Below are positions 1 through 14,609 of a stretch of 64,000 nt of DNA, piece after piece. The DNA comes from Monocercomonoides exilis PA203. Taxonomy: Eukaryota > Protista > Preaxostyla. The stretch spans positions 744,001 through 808,000 of the forward strand of contig LSRY02000021.1 in NCBI GenBank assembly GCA_001643675.2. The letters are read 5' to 3'. The translations under genes and the position numbers were made by a program. How positions within the stretch are numbered: position 1 is the first letter of the stretch; each line of letters opens with the position of its first letter. The notes beneath the pieces were generated by a model. It had not been told where the DNA came from, did no database searches, and saw only the letters and a list, made by a program, of their open reading frames with translations.

Positions 1-3000
1 GCGCTGCTGCATTTCGGTTTGCGAATTCTGCTTGCGAGCTGAGTCTGTTACCGTCGTTTGCATTTTTGAAGGAGCTGACATTGGCTTCGCAATCGTATGT
101 TTTTGGTGCTGCTTCGCAGGGGCAGGCAACAGAAGTGGGCTCTTCTTCGGTTAAAAGTCGTGAAATGCTTGTTTCGGTGTCTGTTCCATCAACATTTGCG
201 AACATAACGTTTTTGCTGAACCATTCGATTGGAAACAGGGCATCGTTCATATCGTTGCAAAGTGCGACTCTGTCGTTAACCAGCTGCTCGATTGGAAAGA
301 CATCTGAGACCGAGTCCATTGAATACACAGCTGTGATGGCATCTGGTGGGGTGCTAACAGTCACTTCGCTGTCGGTGGCTGCTGACCAAGCGCTTTCGTT
401 CAGTGCGCCAATGCTTCTGCTGAGTGGAAGTGTGGTGTGCAATTTGTTTGGTGCAACTCTGTCGAGCATTGCGACAACCGGTCCTCAGAGCTTCGTTGAA
501 GCAAGCTCGTCTGGGCTGACCAACATCACCAACTGTTCGTTTGGTGGGTTCTCTCTTGCGAAGCGTGGGATGATACACAGCGAAAACGGTGGCTCGTTGT
601 ATGTTGGAGGCTCTTCATTTGCAGATGTGAGCCTTTTGAACGGAAACGGGTCGTGCATCGATTTTGCAGCAGGAGAGGATGCATTTCATTATGTGACAGT
701 TTTCAATTGCTCGTTTCAGGGATGTTCAGTGCTGAATAATGGGCAGTCGGGAGGAGGAATATTTGCCTCTCTGAAAAGCAGCTGCGAGCTGTTGATAAAT
801 TCGACAAGCTTTTTATCGTGCACAGCGCCTTCAGAAATGCTGAGTGGATTCGGTGGAGGCATTTCGTTGTTTGCTCTGCAATCTGATGCATCGTTTGCGA
901 TTGATGCGCCTTCTTTTTCGGATGAGCTTCCCAACAAAGCGAAGTGCGGGAATGATATTTTTGTGTCTTCTCCTGACCTTGCATCGAGTGTCAATAGGGA
1001 ATCATTCTGCTTCTACGACGAGCAGAATCCGTTTTCTGCTGCTTCGTGTGTGGGAATTGATGAGAAAGGGGGAAATTTGATGATTCCTCTTGTGTGCTAT
1101 TTGAGATCATTTTCTGATATTATTTACATTTCAGCCGAGGGAAGTGATGTGCCTGTCTGCGGGTATGTTGACTTTGGATGCCGGACACTCGGCTTCTCAT
1201 TTACTCGGCTGCCAGGAAGAAAGAAAGCTGTCACGATAACAAGCGAATATGCTGTTGGAGAAAGCTGCGTGCTGAGTGATGCAAATGGATACAGCATTTC
1301 TGGTCTTGAAACGAAGACAAGACTGAAAATGGAGGGAAACGAGACGCAAGCGATGTCTGTTATGGAGGTCAGAGCAGCAGTGTTCTTTTCGTGTTTCTTC
1401 ATTGAGATGGCGTCTTCTCTTCATTCGACGAAAAGTGCAGTATTTTATGTTGCAGATTCAAATGGAGTGCTTGAAATTGAAAACTGTGAGTGCCAGCCAG
1501 AATCTGGGGTCTCCTCAATCTCCTATTGTTTATTTGCAGCCAAGACTGGAAAATTGGTGGTGAATGGATTCGTCATGAGCAACGTGCAGTTCTCGGCAGG
1601 CGCAGCTGTTGTGGTGAACGAGTCAGGAGCATGTGAAATAATGAGCATGATATTTGAAAATGTCACGTCCAGTGCAAATGGAGAAATAATGAAGTATTCT
1701 TCGACTGGGGAGATGAATGTCAACAAAAGCCACTTTTCTTCTTCAATGGAATCAACATCCTCTATAATCTTTGATGAGGACGGGGCAGTGTTGTGTGTGA
1801 GCAACACAACCTTCTCTGAGATTGGCCGATCGGAAGGGCAAGGCGGGGCTGTTGAAGGGGTTGTGGGAGATGGATGCCGAATGGTGCTGGAAGGAGTGGT
1901 GTTTCTCAATTGCTGCACCGAGGACGGCTGTGGAGGAGGGTTGGGGCTGAGTGTGTCAGGAACAGGACATCTTGAAATGGGGAAAGAGGAGTTGAATTCA
2001 GTCTTTAAGAGCTGTGCAGCTAAAAAAGGCAACGGAAATGGAGGCAAAGGCGGAGGGATTTTCATCAGATTCAGCGGCGAGGTGTTTGATTATGTGATTT
2101 GCTGCACAATTTTCGGAGCAGAAACAGAAAAGAACGAAGCAGAGGAGAAAGGAGAGAATATCTTCATTGAGGGAGACGATTTGAGCAGAATTGTCACACA
2201 ACAGCGTTTTGAAGTTGAATGCGATGTGAGCAAGGAGAAGCACAACGAGTTTGTGGGATTCGACAGGAACGCAGACAAGCACGTTCCACTTGCTTCGTTT
2301 CTGTCAAATTGGACATCACCTGTGTTTGTAAACAGCGAGGAAGGGGCTGATTATCAGTCGTGTGGCTTTTCGTGGTATCCGTGCTCCTCCATCGTATACG
2401 CAGCAGAAAACCGTTTTGCGGGTGGTGTGGCAGCTGTTTGCCTTGAGCCTAATTTTTCGATTGCAGACAAGCTTGTATTGAGCGCAATGCCGATGATCAT
2501 CAATGGTGTTTCGAAGCCTGAAAGAGTGAACATCGCGGCAGATGGCAGAGAGAGCGGAAATGGACTTGTGATTACGCAGAACGAAGTTGCAATCAGCTGG
2601 CTTGAATTTTGTGCTCCGTGTGAGTTTTTGCATGTTCAGAGGAAGAGCCTTATTCTTTGTGCTGGATCGAAGTTAGTTGTTGAGGGGTGCAGCATGGTGA
2701 TGCAAAGCGGCAATCCAAGCTATCGGTTTTTGCTGATAACTTCTGGAAGCGTGAAACTGACTGGGTTTAATCTGAACTCCATAGAATTCAAGGAAGCGCC
2801 AGCGATCGAGCTGGTTGGTGCACAAGCAAGCGGAGTGTTTGACAGGCTGCATCTGGAAAGTGTCAACACAACATTTGAAAGCGGCGGAGTTATTTTTGTG
2901 TCTTCGGCATCGGCAGCTCATATCGAGAATTCGACGATAAACTTGACATCCCTTCTAAGCCAAACAGCGATTTGTGTGAAGGGAGGAGCTTCGCTGACTC

Positions 3001-6000
3001 TGAAGAAGAGCAACTTCAGCGAGGTGAACAGGACAGAAGGAAACGGAGGAGCGGTTGTGGGAGAGGTGGACAGCGAAAAGCGCATTGAGATCAAGGAATG
3101 CAACTTTGCCAAGGTTATGTGCTATCATACAGGAACAAAAGGAGGAAGCATGCTTATTTCGGTGGCGAAAAGAGGAACGTTTCTGTTTGAGAAGAACTGT
3201 GTGAATGAAAGCAGGGTGCCGGGGATTGACGGGCTGGGAGGGGGTCTGCACTTGACGTTTTCAGATGTGGACTTGACGTATTCGATGAAGTTGGATGAAT
3301 TCAACAACAATGATGCGCTGCTGGGGAAGGATGTGTATCTTGTGTGCACGCTTCCGCGGAGGATGATCAACCCGTTGCTCTGGAGCGGGTCTGCGAAAGA
3401 TGGGAGCGAGTATGAAAAGACGATGTGGGTGCTGGATCCGAGCGATGCAGAAATGAACATGTCGCTTTTGAGGTTTTTGTTTCCGTCTGTCGACGATATT
3501 GTGTTTGTTGACGACGGGCTGGGGCAGGTTGAAGCGGGATGCGGAAGCAGCGTCAAGCCTTGCAAGGAATTGAGTTTTGGGTTCACGCAGTTGGGAACAG
3601 AAAAGAACATTCTGCACATCACATCATTGGCAAAGCTGGAAGGGGAAATCAAGCAGAATCTTTCGTCGCTGACGATCAGAGGGGAATCTGTAAAATCAGA
3701 CATGATTGTGGATGGTGGCGGGTGCATATGCGTGAGCGACGGAGACTTGTCGACTCAGCTGACCATGCAGAATATCCGCTTTGCTTTTGCCACAAGCGCT
3801 GAGAGCCCGCAAGACGCGCTGATTGTTGGGAAAGTGGGGAGCATATTCCTGATTTCGTGTGATGTCTCAAAAAGTGCAGATGCTCAAATCTCCAACATAA
3901 AGCAGAGCATCTTGTGTGGAAAGGGAAGCACGATAACTCTGACTTCTGTGATATTTTCAGAGCTGGCGTTTGAAGCGGATCAAGCGATCTGTGTGATGCA
4001 GTCTGGTTCCTTGATTATCAGTGGCTGCACTTTTGCATCAATAAGCACAAGCAAGAAAAGTCTGATTGGAGGGATGGAAGGAACATGCATTGCAATCAAC
4101 AACACTCAAATCAGCGAATGCTCGTCAGAGTTTGGAAGTGTTGCGCACTGGGAAAATGCGTTGGAGGTTGAGATCGTAAATACCTCGTCATTTGCGAATT
4201 GCTCTTCAGAAAAAGACAACGGCGGGGCAGTTAATTTGATTTTCTCGAAGAATTACAGACTTACGATTGCTGATGTTTCGTTCAGCAACAACTCGGCAGA
4301 CGAAGAAGCGAAAAACGGAGGAGCCATTTTCGTGCAACTGAGCCAAGATCTGGATGAAGCAATTGAATTCTCATCGTTGCATTTCCTTGGAAACAAAGCA
4401 CATCATGGCAAAGACATGTTTGTTGCATGTGCCGATCTGAATCGAACAGTCCTGCAATCAAGGTTTCAGTTTCCTTTGGTGAATGAGGAAGGCAAATTGA
4501 TTGTTGATTTATTTGGAAGAGACGAAGCGATCACAAACAAGGAAGCAGTCAACCTGACACTGTTTTTGTTGAAGCTGCAATCCTCGAGCATTCATGTGTC
4601 TGCTGCAGGGCATGATTATTTGGGGTGTGGGAGCGACGAGTATCCGTGCAACACCTTCTGGAGAGGATATATGAACATGGACAAGACGGGATCAGATCAA
4701 AAGCTTTTGACTGTGGATGCTTCGACAGTTGTGCAAAACACCTACGATGTAAGCTCGTTTTCTATCATCCCGGGATATGGAAGCGCCCGATCGACGATTG
4801 TCGTGAAGAGTGACCTGGAGTTGTGCACTTTGGATTCCATATTTTTGAGTGCAAAAAGTCTGTCCATTCAAAACATGTTGCTTTCTATTCCAACTTCGTT
4901 TACTCCGCCTGTTAATAATCTGCTGAGATTAAATCCGCTCAGCACTTTGGAAACTCAGTTGGCAGTGAAGGGCTGTGTGTTTGAGTGTTCATCTGGATCT
5001 TGCATTGATTACATCTTGATTTCGTCTGCGAAAGGGCGAGTGGAATTGTCAGACTGCACTTTGCCATCTTTCTCGTCTGGTGTGATTCCACTCGATTTGT
5101 CTTCTTCTGTTCTGATCAATGGAATGAACTTCACCAACATTGTGTCTGCATCCAGTGGCGAAGGTGGAGTTGCGAGGGTGGAGCTGAAAGAAGAAGAATC
5201 GCTGAGTATTAACGGAACGAAGGCAGAGGGATGCTCGTGTGCAGGAAATGGAAGAGGGGGAGCATTCTTTGTGAAGTGTTCAGAATCTCTGCTGCCCGCA
5301 CCTTTTGTTTTTGGAAGCGAAATAATTCTGGCAGATAATGAAGCCATGATTGGGAAGAACGTATTTGTTGCGTCGAGCGACCTGAATCGAACAGTCACAA
5401 AGAGCACTTTTGCGTTTCTTGCTGAAAAAGCCAAGACAGATTGCACACTCTTCTGTGGAAGTGACGCAGTGCATCGCGATACCGATCTTTTGCGGTTTTT
5501 GTGTGGGTACAAGGACAATGCGATTTTTGTCTCTTCGAATGGGTTCGACATTGCCAGATGTGGAAGTGAAGATGATCCGTGTGAATCGTTCTGGAAAGGG
5601 ATGGTGCAAATAGAGCGTTCTTCTCAATCAAAGGTAATAACAGTTGATGATTCGACTTTTGTGCGTGATGCATTTATTGTATCGAATTACACAATAGTTT
5701 CATATTCAGCATCGCCTGACGAAGCGAGAAAGGCTGTTGTCGAGTTCCAGAACAAAACAATCAACGATGGAGAGCCGTTTCTGACCAATTCTGTGAGGTT
5801 GGCGCTGGAGAGGTTGAGACTTAGAATTGCAGAACATTTTGATGGCTAGGCGAGCTCCATTGTTCACAGCAAGGAAGGCATCCTTCTTGTGAAGATGTGC
5901 TCGTTTGAATCGAAAGGGCTGATGGAGGATTTGAGCAAAGTGCGGTTTGTGACAGTCGAAGGAGGAGAGCTGGCTGTTGATGATCTGACAATAAGCTCCT

Positions 6001-9000
6001 CCAACTTTGCTGAGAACATATTTGCAGTGAATAATATGGCGCAGTTGTGCACCTTCACGAGCTTATCGGTATCATCGCTGAATCTGTCAGATGGAAGTAT
6101 TTTTTCACTTTCTTCGTCAATCGGGCAGGAGACAAAGCAAAACAGCAACTGGAGATGTGATTTTCGAATAAACGAATCAACGTTCTCTTCCATTGCGCGT
6201 GTTGACGATGGGTCTGGTGTTGTATTTTCTGGGATCAACAACATTGATCTGAAAGTGGATAAGACGGTGTTCAGCGATATTAAGGCTGAGTGCAGCATGA
6301 AAGGAGGAGTCATGCTTGTTTCACTTTTGTCTGAAAACTCGTTCAAGATGAGCGATTCGACAGTCACGCGATGCTGCTGCTCGAGCAACGGAAAGGGGGG
6401 AGGAGTTTATTTGGCAGCAGCAACAGCAGGAAAACTGGATTTCCTGTTCAGCCGAGTGAACTTTACCGCGAATACAGCGTTTGTTGGGAACGACATCTTC
6501 ATTGAATGCCACAACATCACTGCGCAAATCAACGAAACGCAGTTTGGGTTTGATGTTGAGAAAGTGACAGACAAAGCGAAAGCGATTTTTGGGATTGACA
6601 AGACCGATCACACAGCAGACACGAACCTTCTTGATTTCATCACGATTTATCGAGCAGACACGATCATCGTCAGCTCTGATCCGTCAAGAAATGGCAAAGA
6701 TGACAGACAATGCGGGACGCAATATCTGCCGTGTCTTTCGATTGATTATGGTCTTCTTCATCTGTCGAATAATTTTGTGAGCCAAATGTTTGTGGACAAA
6801 GCATCATATCTTGGCAGCGAAGTGAAGATAATTGAAATGGGAGTGACATCTCGAACAAAGGCGCAATGCGTAATTGAAGTGCAGTCAAATATTCCACAGC
6901 ACGAATTGACGCTCATATCAACAGCTGGCTCTGTGTCACTGAGCTATCTTCGCTTTGTTTTTGGAGAGGAATTTGTTTCTTTCCATTCAGCATTTCTTTG
7001 CCCAGAAACAGGCGTTCTTGAACTGAGCTGTTGTGCATTCACCTCAGAAAGTGATGGTTCTGCTCAAGCTGTTCCATTTCGTCTTATTTCTGTCAATAGC
7101 TGCAAGTGCACAGCTTATGAGGTTTCCGTGTCCTTCTTGGTATTTGTGTCTCCAATATTTCATGTTGCAAGCTCTGGTGATATGAAGATAACTTCTTCGT
7201 CCTTCTCTGAGTCAAGTTTTGAAGGAAGTGTGGCAGAATGTGGAGAAGACTCTGTTATGCAGATTGTATCTTCATCTTTCACGAGCATAAATGTTACGGG
7301 AAGAAATCCGATGCTTTCGTTTATTACAGCAAATGAAGTGAGCATCGACAATTGTTCGTTCGTTTCCTGCTTATCAGGCACTCAGAGAGGGGGCATTGTG
7401 TCATTGTTGTTGTGCAAGAATGCAACGATCGATAAGTGTTTGTTTGATGGATGGAAAGGGGACAATAAAAGCGATGAAAAGAGGAACACACAGCCGGAAG
7501 AGATCTGCCGATGGAATGGGTCGTTGGTTGATATTGCTGGAACAAGAGCAGCAATGAAGGACACAGCGATTGTGAATTCAACGGAAGGAGGAATGTCGAT
7601 TTGTGGTGGTGAAGTGAGTGTGGAGAAAGGCGAATATTATGGGAACAGCAAAGCCATTGATGGATTCCTTTCAGCCAGACGAAATATCATCTGTGAAAGC
7701 AACGGGCAACTGGTGATGGTAAGCTTGAAAGGAGGAGATGGATTGCTGCCAAACACTTCGCTGTGGATATTAAATGAAGGATGCAAGCTGTTGGGGATGG
7801 CTGCTGAAAGATCATCTGAGTTCTTTATTCCAACGCTGAAGTCAGTTGAAACAACTCAAAAAGAGGATACAGTTGAACTGACTTTCAGAGGGACGCTTCT
7901 TCTGCCGTGCAATCTGGGATTCCAGATTGTGTTAAAAATAAACAATGTCAGCTCAATCGAGACTCACACTTTTGCGGAAGATGAATTTGTTTCTGAGGAA
8001 GAAGTCCGTGGAAAGATTGATTCGTCTTTGATAAGCTCTGCTCCAACAGAAGCAGAAGTGGCTGTGTGCATATTGTTTGGAAATGTTTCAAATCTGTCGA
8101 CAACAGAATCTTTTGTTCTGAAGAACAGAAGTGAATCAAAACCAAAAGGAGATGAAAAAATTGTGAAAGGGGAAAATGAAGTGAAATCTTCATGGGCATT
8201 GATTGTGATAATATTGCTTGTGATAATATTATTAATTGTTCTGATAGGATTTATTTTGTTTGTTGTTCGATGGAGGAAAGTGAAGGAAAGAAATGAGGAA
8301 TTGCAAGAAATTGTGAATGACACAGTGAAGAAGGATCCCAAAGCATTTGAGATGGTGACAATGGAGATGTCTCCAGAGGAGCAGTGGAGGAGAGCTGAGA
8401 GGGAAGCTGAGAAGAAGAATGAGGAAAGGATAAAGAAGAGGGTGTTTGAAAAGACACTGGAACATTCAGAGTCATCGGAGCATCTGTTGAGTGAATGTGG
8501 ATCAACAGAATATATCCTTGGAAGAGATTCAGACAAGATCCCTGAATGGGCATTGGAAAAGGTTGAAGAAGAAGAGATTCAAAAGAGAACACCTTCACCA
8601 TCCATCTCATCCACCTCATCCACCTCAACAACGGATACAACTGATTCAGATTCCACTTTTATCCGACCAGAGAGTATGTGTCCAACAACTTCATCAATGT
8701 CGAATCTGGTGGATGCAATGGCCTGCTCATCCCCACATGAGAAGCTTATTGTGGATCTGAGGGATTCACTGTTCATGTTGCTTCATGGAAGAAACAAGAC
8801 AAAGGAGATGGCAATTGGCACTCTGCAGGAGAGGGAACAGACAACTGCCCAAATCCTGTTTTGGGTGGCTAATCTCGCACTGCACTCGTTTGATGAAATG
8901 GAAAATCCACTTCAGTCATTATCCAATCTGAGCCCTCACATTATTTTATTCTCAGAGCATATGGTGATATGCATTGTGATGCATTCTGACTTCTCATCTG

Positions 9001-9548
9001 ATGATTCTGACTCGTCGTCCATCTCTTCGTCAACTGTTGTCACATCTGCCAGTGATAATGAGGAGGATGATGATCTTCCTTCTTCTGCGTTTGAGGATGA
9101 TGATTATTACAAAAAGGAGTGTTTGAGATGGAAGGCGCCAGAGCTGCTTCTCAACAAGAAGATGGAAGCAACCAAGGAGTCAGTCGCATTCTCAATTGGG
9201 ATAATGCTGTGGGAGTGTTTGACACTGGCAATCCCGTTTGGAGAGTATGAGGCTGAAACAGCTGGACAGAAGATTGTGAATGGAGAAAGACCAGACATAG
9301 CGTGCGTGAGTGGATCAACACTCAATCGTCTTGTATCTGTTTGCTTTTTCCAACAGGTTGAGCAGAGACCAAAACTTTCTGATGTAAAGAGAGAGCTAAT
9401 CCAACGATTCCCTCCAGGTGCTGTTGCGCTCACAATGTCCGATGCTGTTGACTATGAAGCGGAAAGCGGAGACTGCAAGAGCGGAGAAGAGGGAGAAGAT
9501 AGTTCAAATGCAACAATTCGAACAGTTTTTGTTTTGCAGCGGTACTGA
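1..9548 (+). CDS. Giant intronless receptor-like protein (Pmp-like beta-helix/Cys repeats, single TM, C-terminal TK-like pseudokinase); 5'-partial; interrupted by one in-frame TAG at 5847-5849
   Basis: ORFs 66-5849 and 5889-9548 share a frame, which is open from the window edge. Repeated GGA[IV]/FxxN and D..CG....PC motifs. TM WALIVIILLVIILLIVLIGFILFVV at ~8190-8268. Kinase C-lobe RWKAPE...FSIGIMLWECLT..IPF...RP. Confidence 0.85.
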
Positions 9549-9885
9549 AGGAAAAGATCTGGAACAGTTAGCACTTCATTATTATTGAATGTCTTTCCGA
9601 TTGATGGTTTCTATTACTCAAAAAGAAATTAAATTTTTTTTGTTGAAGATTCATTGATTTCTTTCTCACTTTCCTGATATTTTTTCCCTTTTTTCAAAAA
9701 GGATATTGGATTATCTTTGCTTTGGCACAGGTAATTTGACAAAGACTAAATTTCTTCGAACTTATAAAGCAAAACTGTTTTTCTAAACATTTTGAAAAAT
9801 GGAAATGGATGTTATCATTTCAAATTCATATGTGAATAATTCGTAATTGTTCCATGAAAAGTTAAGTCTAGCTCACAAACGCAGA

Positions 9886-10632
9886 TCAACAATGAATTCG
9901 ATTGATGACTAAAGTTTTAAAAAGAATTTGTTGATGCTTCACCATACAAGTGTAATTCTGTAGATAAAGAACAAAGAAAAAATGGAATGAAATTGTTTTC
10001 AATTCAATACTTTCGTGATTTCTAACAATTTTCTCTGTTTGGATAATATTCAACAATTTCAAGTCTTCAATAAACGAACAGATTTCAATAAAGAGGGCTT
10101 CCATAAATTTAATAACTGCACTTTTGCAAGAACAACGCTTTGATATTCGTTGAAGTGATTGACTTTTCTTCAACAGAAAAATAAAGTTATTTTTACTCAT
10201 GTTCCTCCTGGAAAAAATCAAATCCAATAACGAATGATGCAATTCGTTTTTATATAATTATATAAAATTTAAATACTTCATACAACACTTAGGATTTTTA
10301 TTATCTCATTTATTTCATCAAATTCTTCGCGATGAAAATGATCATGTGAAAGAACTTCCATGCATTTAATAAGCAAAATCAAATTTTCTTCCTGACTTTC
10401 TAAATTCTCAACTTCTTTAGTGATAAGCTGCAGCATTTGAATTTTTTTCTCGCGATTGCAATCCGAAGAAAAAATCTTCATCAAAATTTGCATATCTTCA
10501 TCTGAAATGTTGAAACAATTGGCATTGAATGAACAACTCTTTAAACAACAACAATTTTACACCTTGTGTTGAATCAAAATATTTATACTTATGTATCGCT
10601 TGTCTGGCTGCTTTTCTGACTGAAATTTTCAT
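9886..10632 (-). CDS. Hypothetical helical protein, multi-exon; 3' end uncertain
   Basis: ATG 10632 (MKISVRKAARQ...) joins ORFs 10278-10493 and 9886-10242 through plausible GT-AG introns; no recognisable motif. Confidence 0.4.
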
Positions 10633-10689
10633 GAAAATAAAATAAAATGGTGCTTTTGATCAAGATAATCAGAAATTTTGCTTTTTCGG

Positions 10690-13600
10690 ATGATTCCAGA
10701 ACAAATATTAGTGAAAGATGATGAATTTTTATCATCAAATCACAAGAATTTGATTATGAAAAAGCTAGACATTCAGTATCCTTTTCTTCTAAATGCACAA
10801 ACCATTGCTAAAACAGATGAAGGATTGCTTATTGAGTTTCCTCCTGTCCAATGTTCAATGAAAGAAATTCTTTCAGTCTATGAAACGCAGGAGCTTCCAT
10901 TTGCAATGCCTGTGTGCATTTCTCCTTTTTCATATTTGACTAAATAATCACTTTTAAGAGCTTAAAATTCTTCTTTGCAGAAATGCTTCTCGCAGTGCAT
11001 ACATTGAAGACAAATAAAATATGCCATCCAACTTTATCTCCAAGCACCGTGTTCCTCGATAAAGATGGTTCTTTAAGAGTTGGTTTGCTTTTCTTTTTTT
11101 ATTCTTTTGTTCATAAAAAAGTTTAAACCACATTTTCCAGCATTTATTTCTAAAGAAACATTGGTTGCCATTCCTACGTTGTTAAGTGATGGAGATGAAT
11201 CAGCTGCAGCATATTACAGGCGTCAAGAGCAAATGGACATCATTGGTATTGCATCAATAATTGGGCAACTGACAACAATGATGCAATCAACAAAAGACCT
11301 ATTATCAAATACTAAAAATAGTGATGTAACTGTTTCGAATATGGACGTTGAAGAACTTGACGGTCAGTGTGAACTGTTAAATCTTCTTCAATCGTTATTA
11401 ACAATTGATGAAGATAATAATGTATGCTTTTTAAGCGCTTGATATGTTTTTATAAATCGGCTATTAAATTTTAATGAAATGACACGTTGATTCATTTTAA
11501 AATATTTTCAAAATTGGAAATTGATATTTTGTTCTGAAAAGCCAACAGCTTTCGATTTACTTCAGGAACCGTTATTCCAGCTTGTGATTGTCAGTATTCG
11601 CCACAAAGTATTAGCAGAAATGCAATCAGCTCTCGAAAGTATAGAAAAAGAGAACGAGATTATTGAAACAATTTCCTCTGAAAAGTTTGAATTTTTTCTT
11701 CTACAAATATTTATTTAGCTTATTCGTTTGTTTGCAATGATATGATTTTTTATTCATTTTGCTATTGGAATAGAAAAATGAAAGAACTTTTGCAAATGAG
11801 CGAGATTGTAAATTCTGTAATGAAAGAGACCATTCGTAGAATGAGCATCGAAGAGCAGAAAGCGGCCGATGCTTTAGATGAAGGCGATAGAAAAGAAGAT
11901 GCAAATGAAAAGAAAGAAGAAGCAAAGGAAAGCAGTGCAAAGCAAGACAGCAACAACGAACAGCCACCAATTGAAGATGATGAAAAAGCAGATCCTGAAC
12001 AGGATTGGAACAATCTTGAAGTTGATTATGAGTGTGTTATTCATTATTGCAAGAAGTGTAATGTTAACTATGTTACTGACTAAAAAATATGTATTTGTAT
12101 TTCATACATAACAACAATAATAATTTGCTGTTATTGTTGTTATTTCTTGGAATTGACTCCAAATGTTGATATCTATCTGAAATTTTAGGATGGCAGAAGC
12201 GCTGATGGGGATGTGCGAGATGGACCAGCTACTGCTGATGAACACAATGAAACCAGATGCTGCCACTCTGACCCCTCTCAAAATGCGGTTTCTGCTCACA
12301 TGCTTGTCTGAGAATGGTCTGGATTTCCACTCAAACAGCACAGATGCCTCTGAGCAGGCTGAAGCGCTGTCAACTTCTCCAGGTTCCCAGCCATCTTCTG
12401 CTTCTTCTGCTTCTTCTGCTTCTTCTGATTCTGCTGCTGCATCGTGTGAAGGAGCAGCGGATAAAAGGGCATCTGCTCTGACATTCACATACAGGGCGCT
12501 TGAGTGCTTGTCCACTTTTGCGCTTTTCCCATCTGCTGTGTTTGTGACTGCTGTTCTGCAGAGAGGCCTGCTGCTGATTCTGGATGCACTTCCAAAGGTG
12601 CCTTCGCTCATCCGGCAGAAGATGATCCGCTTGTTGGGTGATTTCCTGAAGATTGAGCCGATTCGCGAGGGGATGATGAGTGTTGACTGGGATGTGGTGA
12701 TTCTGGCGCTGCTGAGGCTGGATGGGGAATGTGCTGGGGCGATTGCGTATTGGTACGAGGCTTATGTGGAGGTGGTGCTGGTGAATGCGAACAGTGGAGA
12801 AGAAGAAGAGGAGGGCGAGGAGGAAGGAGGGGAAGATGATGATGAGGAAGATGACGAGGAAGATGTGGAAGGAAAGATTGAAGAAGAGAGCGATGATGAT
12901 AGGAATGAATCTTCGAAAAAAGGAAAGAAGCAAAAGAAGAAAAGATTGCCATGTGTTGAAAAGAAGAGAAGAGAAGCATTCAAAAAAGTGACTGAAATTG
13001 CAACAAAGCTGAAACAAACAGGGGCTGTTGAAATATTTGAAGGTTATTTCAAAACGCTTGTGGAAAAGAACAAAGAAATTGAAAAGGAAAAGGAAAATGA
13101 TAAAGAAAAAGAAAAAGAAAAAAATGAAAAGAAAAAAGCAGAAAATGAAAAGGATGCTGATGAGGCAGCAAAGAAAACAGAAGAAGACGCAAAAGACAAG
13201 AAAGAAGACCAAATCAAAGAATTTATCAGAGACGAGGAAAACTACAAGACTGCCTCTGCTCTTCGGAATGTGTCTCAACTGCTATGTGTTCTGCATTGCA
13301 TTCTAGGCGATTCTTCGATTAGAGAATATCTCAGCATCATTGAGAGCAATTTCTTCACTGCGCACACCATCGACATTCGCATTGTGGCTGCGCTTTATAG
13401 GCAATATAGAGACAATGGTTTGGAATGAAAAGACGCTTTATTATTTTTTTCATTGAATGTGTTAACTTTGTTTCTCTCGATTCACTTTTTTTTTATTCCG
13501 TTCAAATGTGTGTGTGATGTTTCAATTTATCCCTTCAGCCGATCTCCGTCTTTTCTTCAACTCCATCTCCGATCCCCAGCGCCTGTGCATTTTAATCTCC

Positions 13601-14565
13601 ACACTCTCCGGCATTCCCCAATGCCTCGCCCTGAAGTCCACCGCCGAACTTGCCCGTGCTCTTCCTCTTCTCCTTCCCCAAAAGCTGCTCCAGTGTGGCA
13701 TCTTGTCAAGCATATCTCCTCTTCTTCGCGCCAAAAGCGACGACAACGTGCTGTTTGCTGCTGCCCAGCTGCTTTCTCTGCTTTTGGACGCTGAACCGAT
13801 GGAGTTCATCCGCTGCACAGACGAGCTGACTGTTGCGTCTCTGGTGTCTGTCGCACTGACACATCCATCACCATCAGCAGCTGTTGCATTCTTCCCTCTC
13901 ATCACTGCTTTGCTGAGACAGGCTCCGCATCTATTCCTTCCAGTGTATCACCCGCCGCTTGTGGAGATTATCAACCGCTTTCTGCCTGCTTTTGCTGATC
14001 AGCCTGCTCGTTCGTCGCACCCGCTGCTGCTGGTCATCATCGAATCCGGCAAGCAGGCTGAGTTTCTGGCACCGCATCCACTGAAAGAGCAGATAGAGAC
14101 AAATGGGCTGTTAGGTTATTTGACATCGCAGTTGGCACTCACTTCTGCCTCTTCTTCTGCTTCTTCTTCGCATTCGGACAGCGGACGCATATTCAAGTTG
14201 TTGTGCCTGTTGGCATTGCACAAGGCCCAGCTGCTGCCTGAGCGTTTTCGCATCTGCCTGGCAGCGCTGGAGCCGTTGATCGGGGCTGAGACGTCGATGT
14301 TCAGGCGAATTGGAATCTACATCATTTTGTTTTTGGCTGAGGCAAAGGAAAATCATCGGATTTTGCTGGAGCATAATCTTGTCAGGCTCTCTGTTGGGTT
14401 ACTGGAGTGTGTTATTTAATGTCATCTAACTTGTTATGGAATTTGTTTTCTTTTATTTAACACAACAGTTGAATTTTGATTTTATCTTTTTAATTCAATT
14501 TGAGAATAAATATTTTCTTTTTTGGATTTCAATTTGCTTTACATTGTTAAAACTATATCATTTTC

Positions 14566-14609
<44 letters not shown>

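Noticed and set aside
5847-5849. Genome-wide TAR-to-Gln code as in some oxymonads
   Set aside because: RPS27a, NAP1 and asparaginase end at TAA and SCYL1 at TAG, and conserved exons lack internal TAR.
354-9433. Numerous antisense ORFs inside the giant gene
   Set aside because: Expected codon-bias shadows of a long sense ORF.
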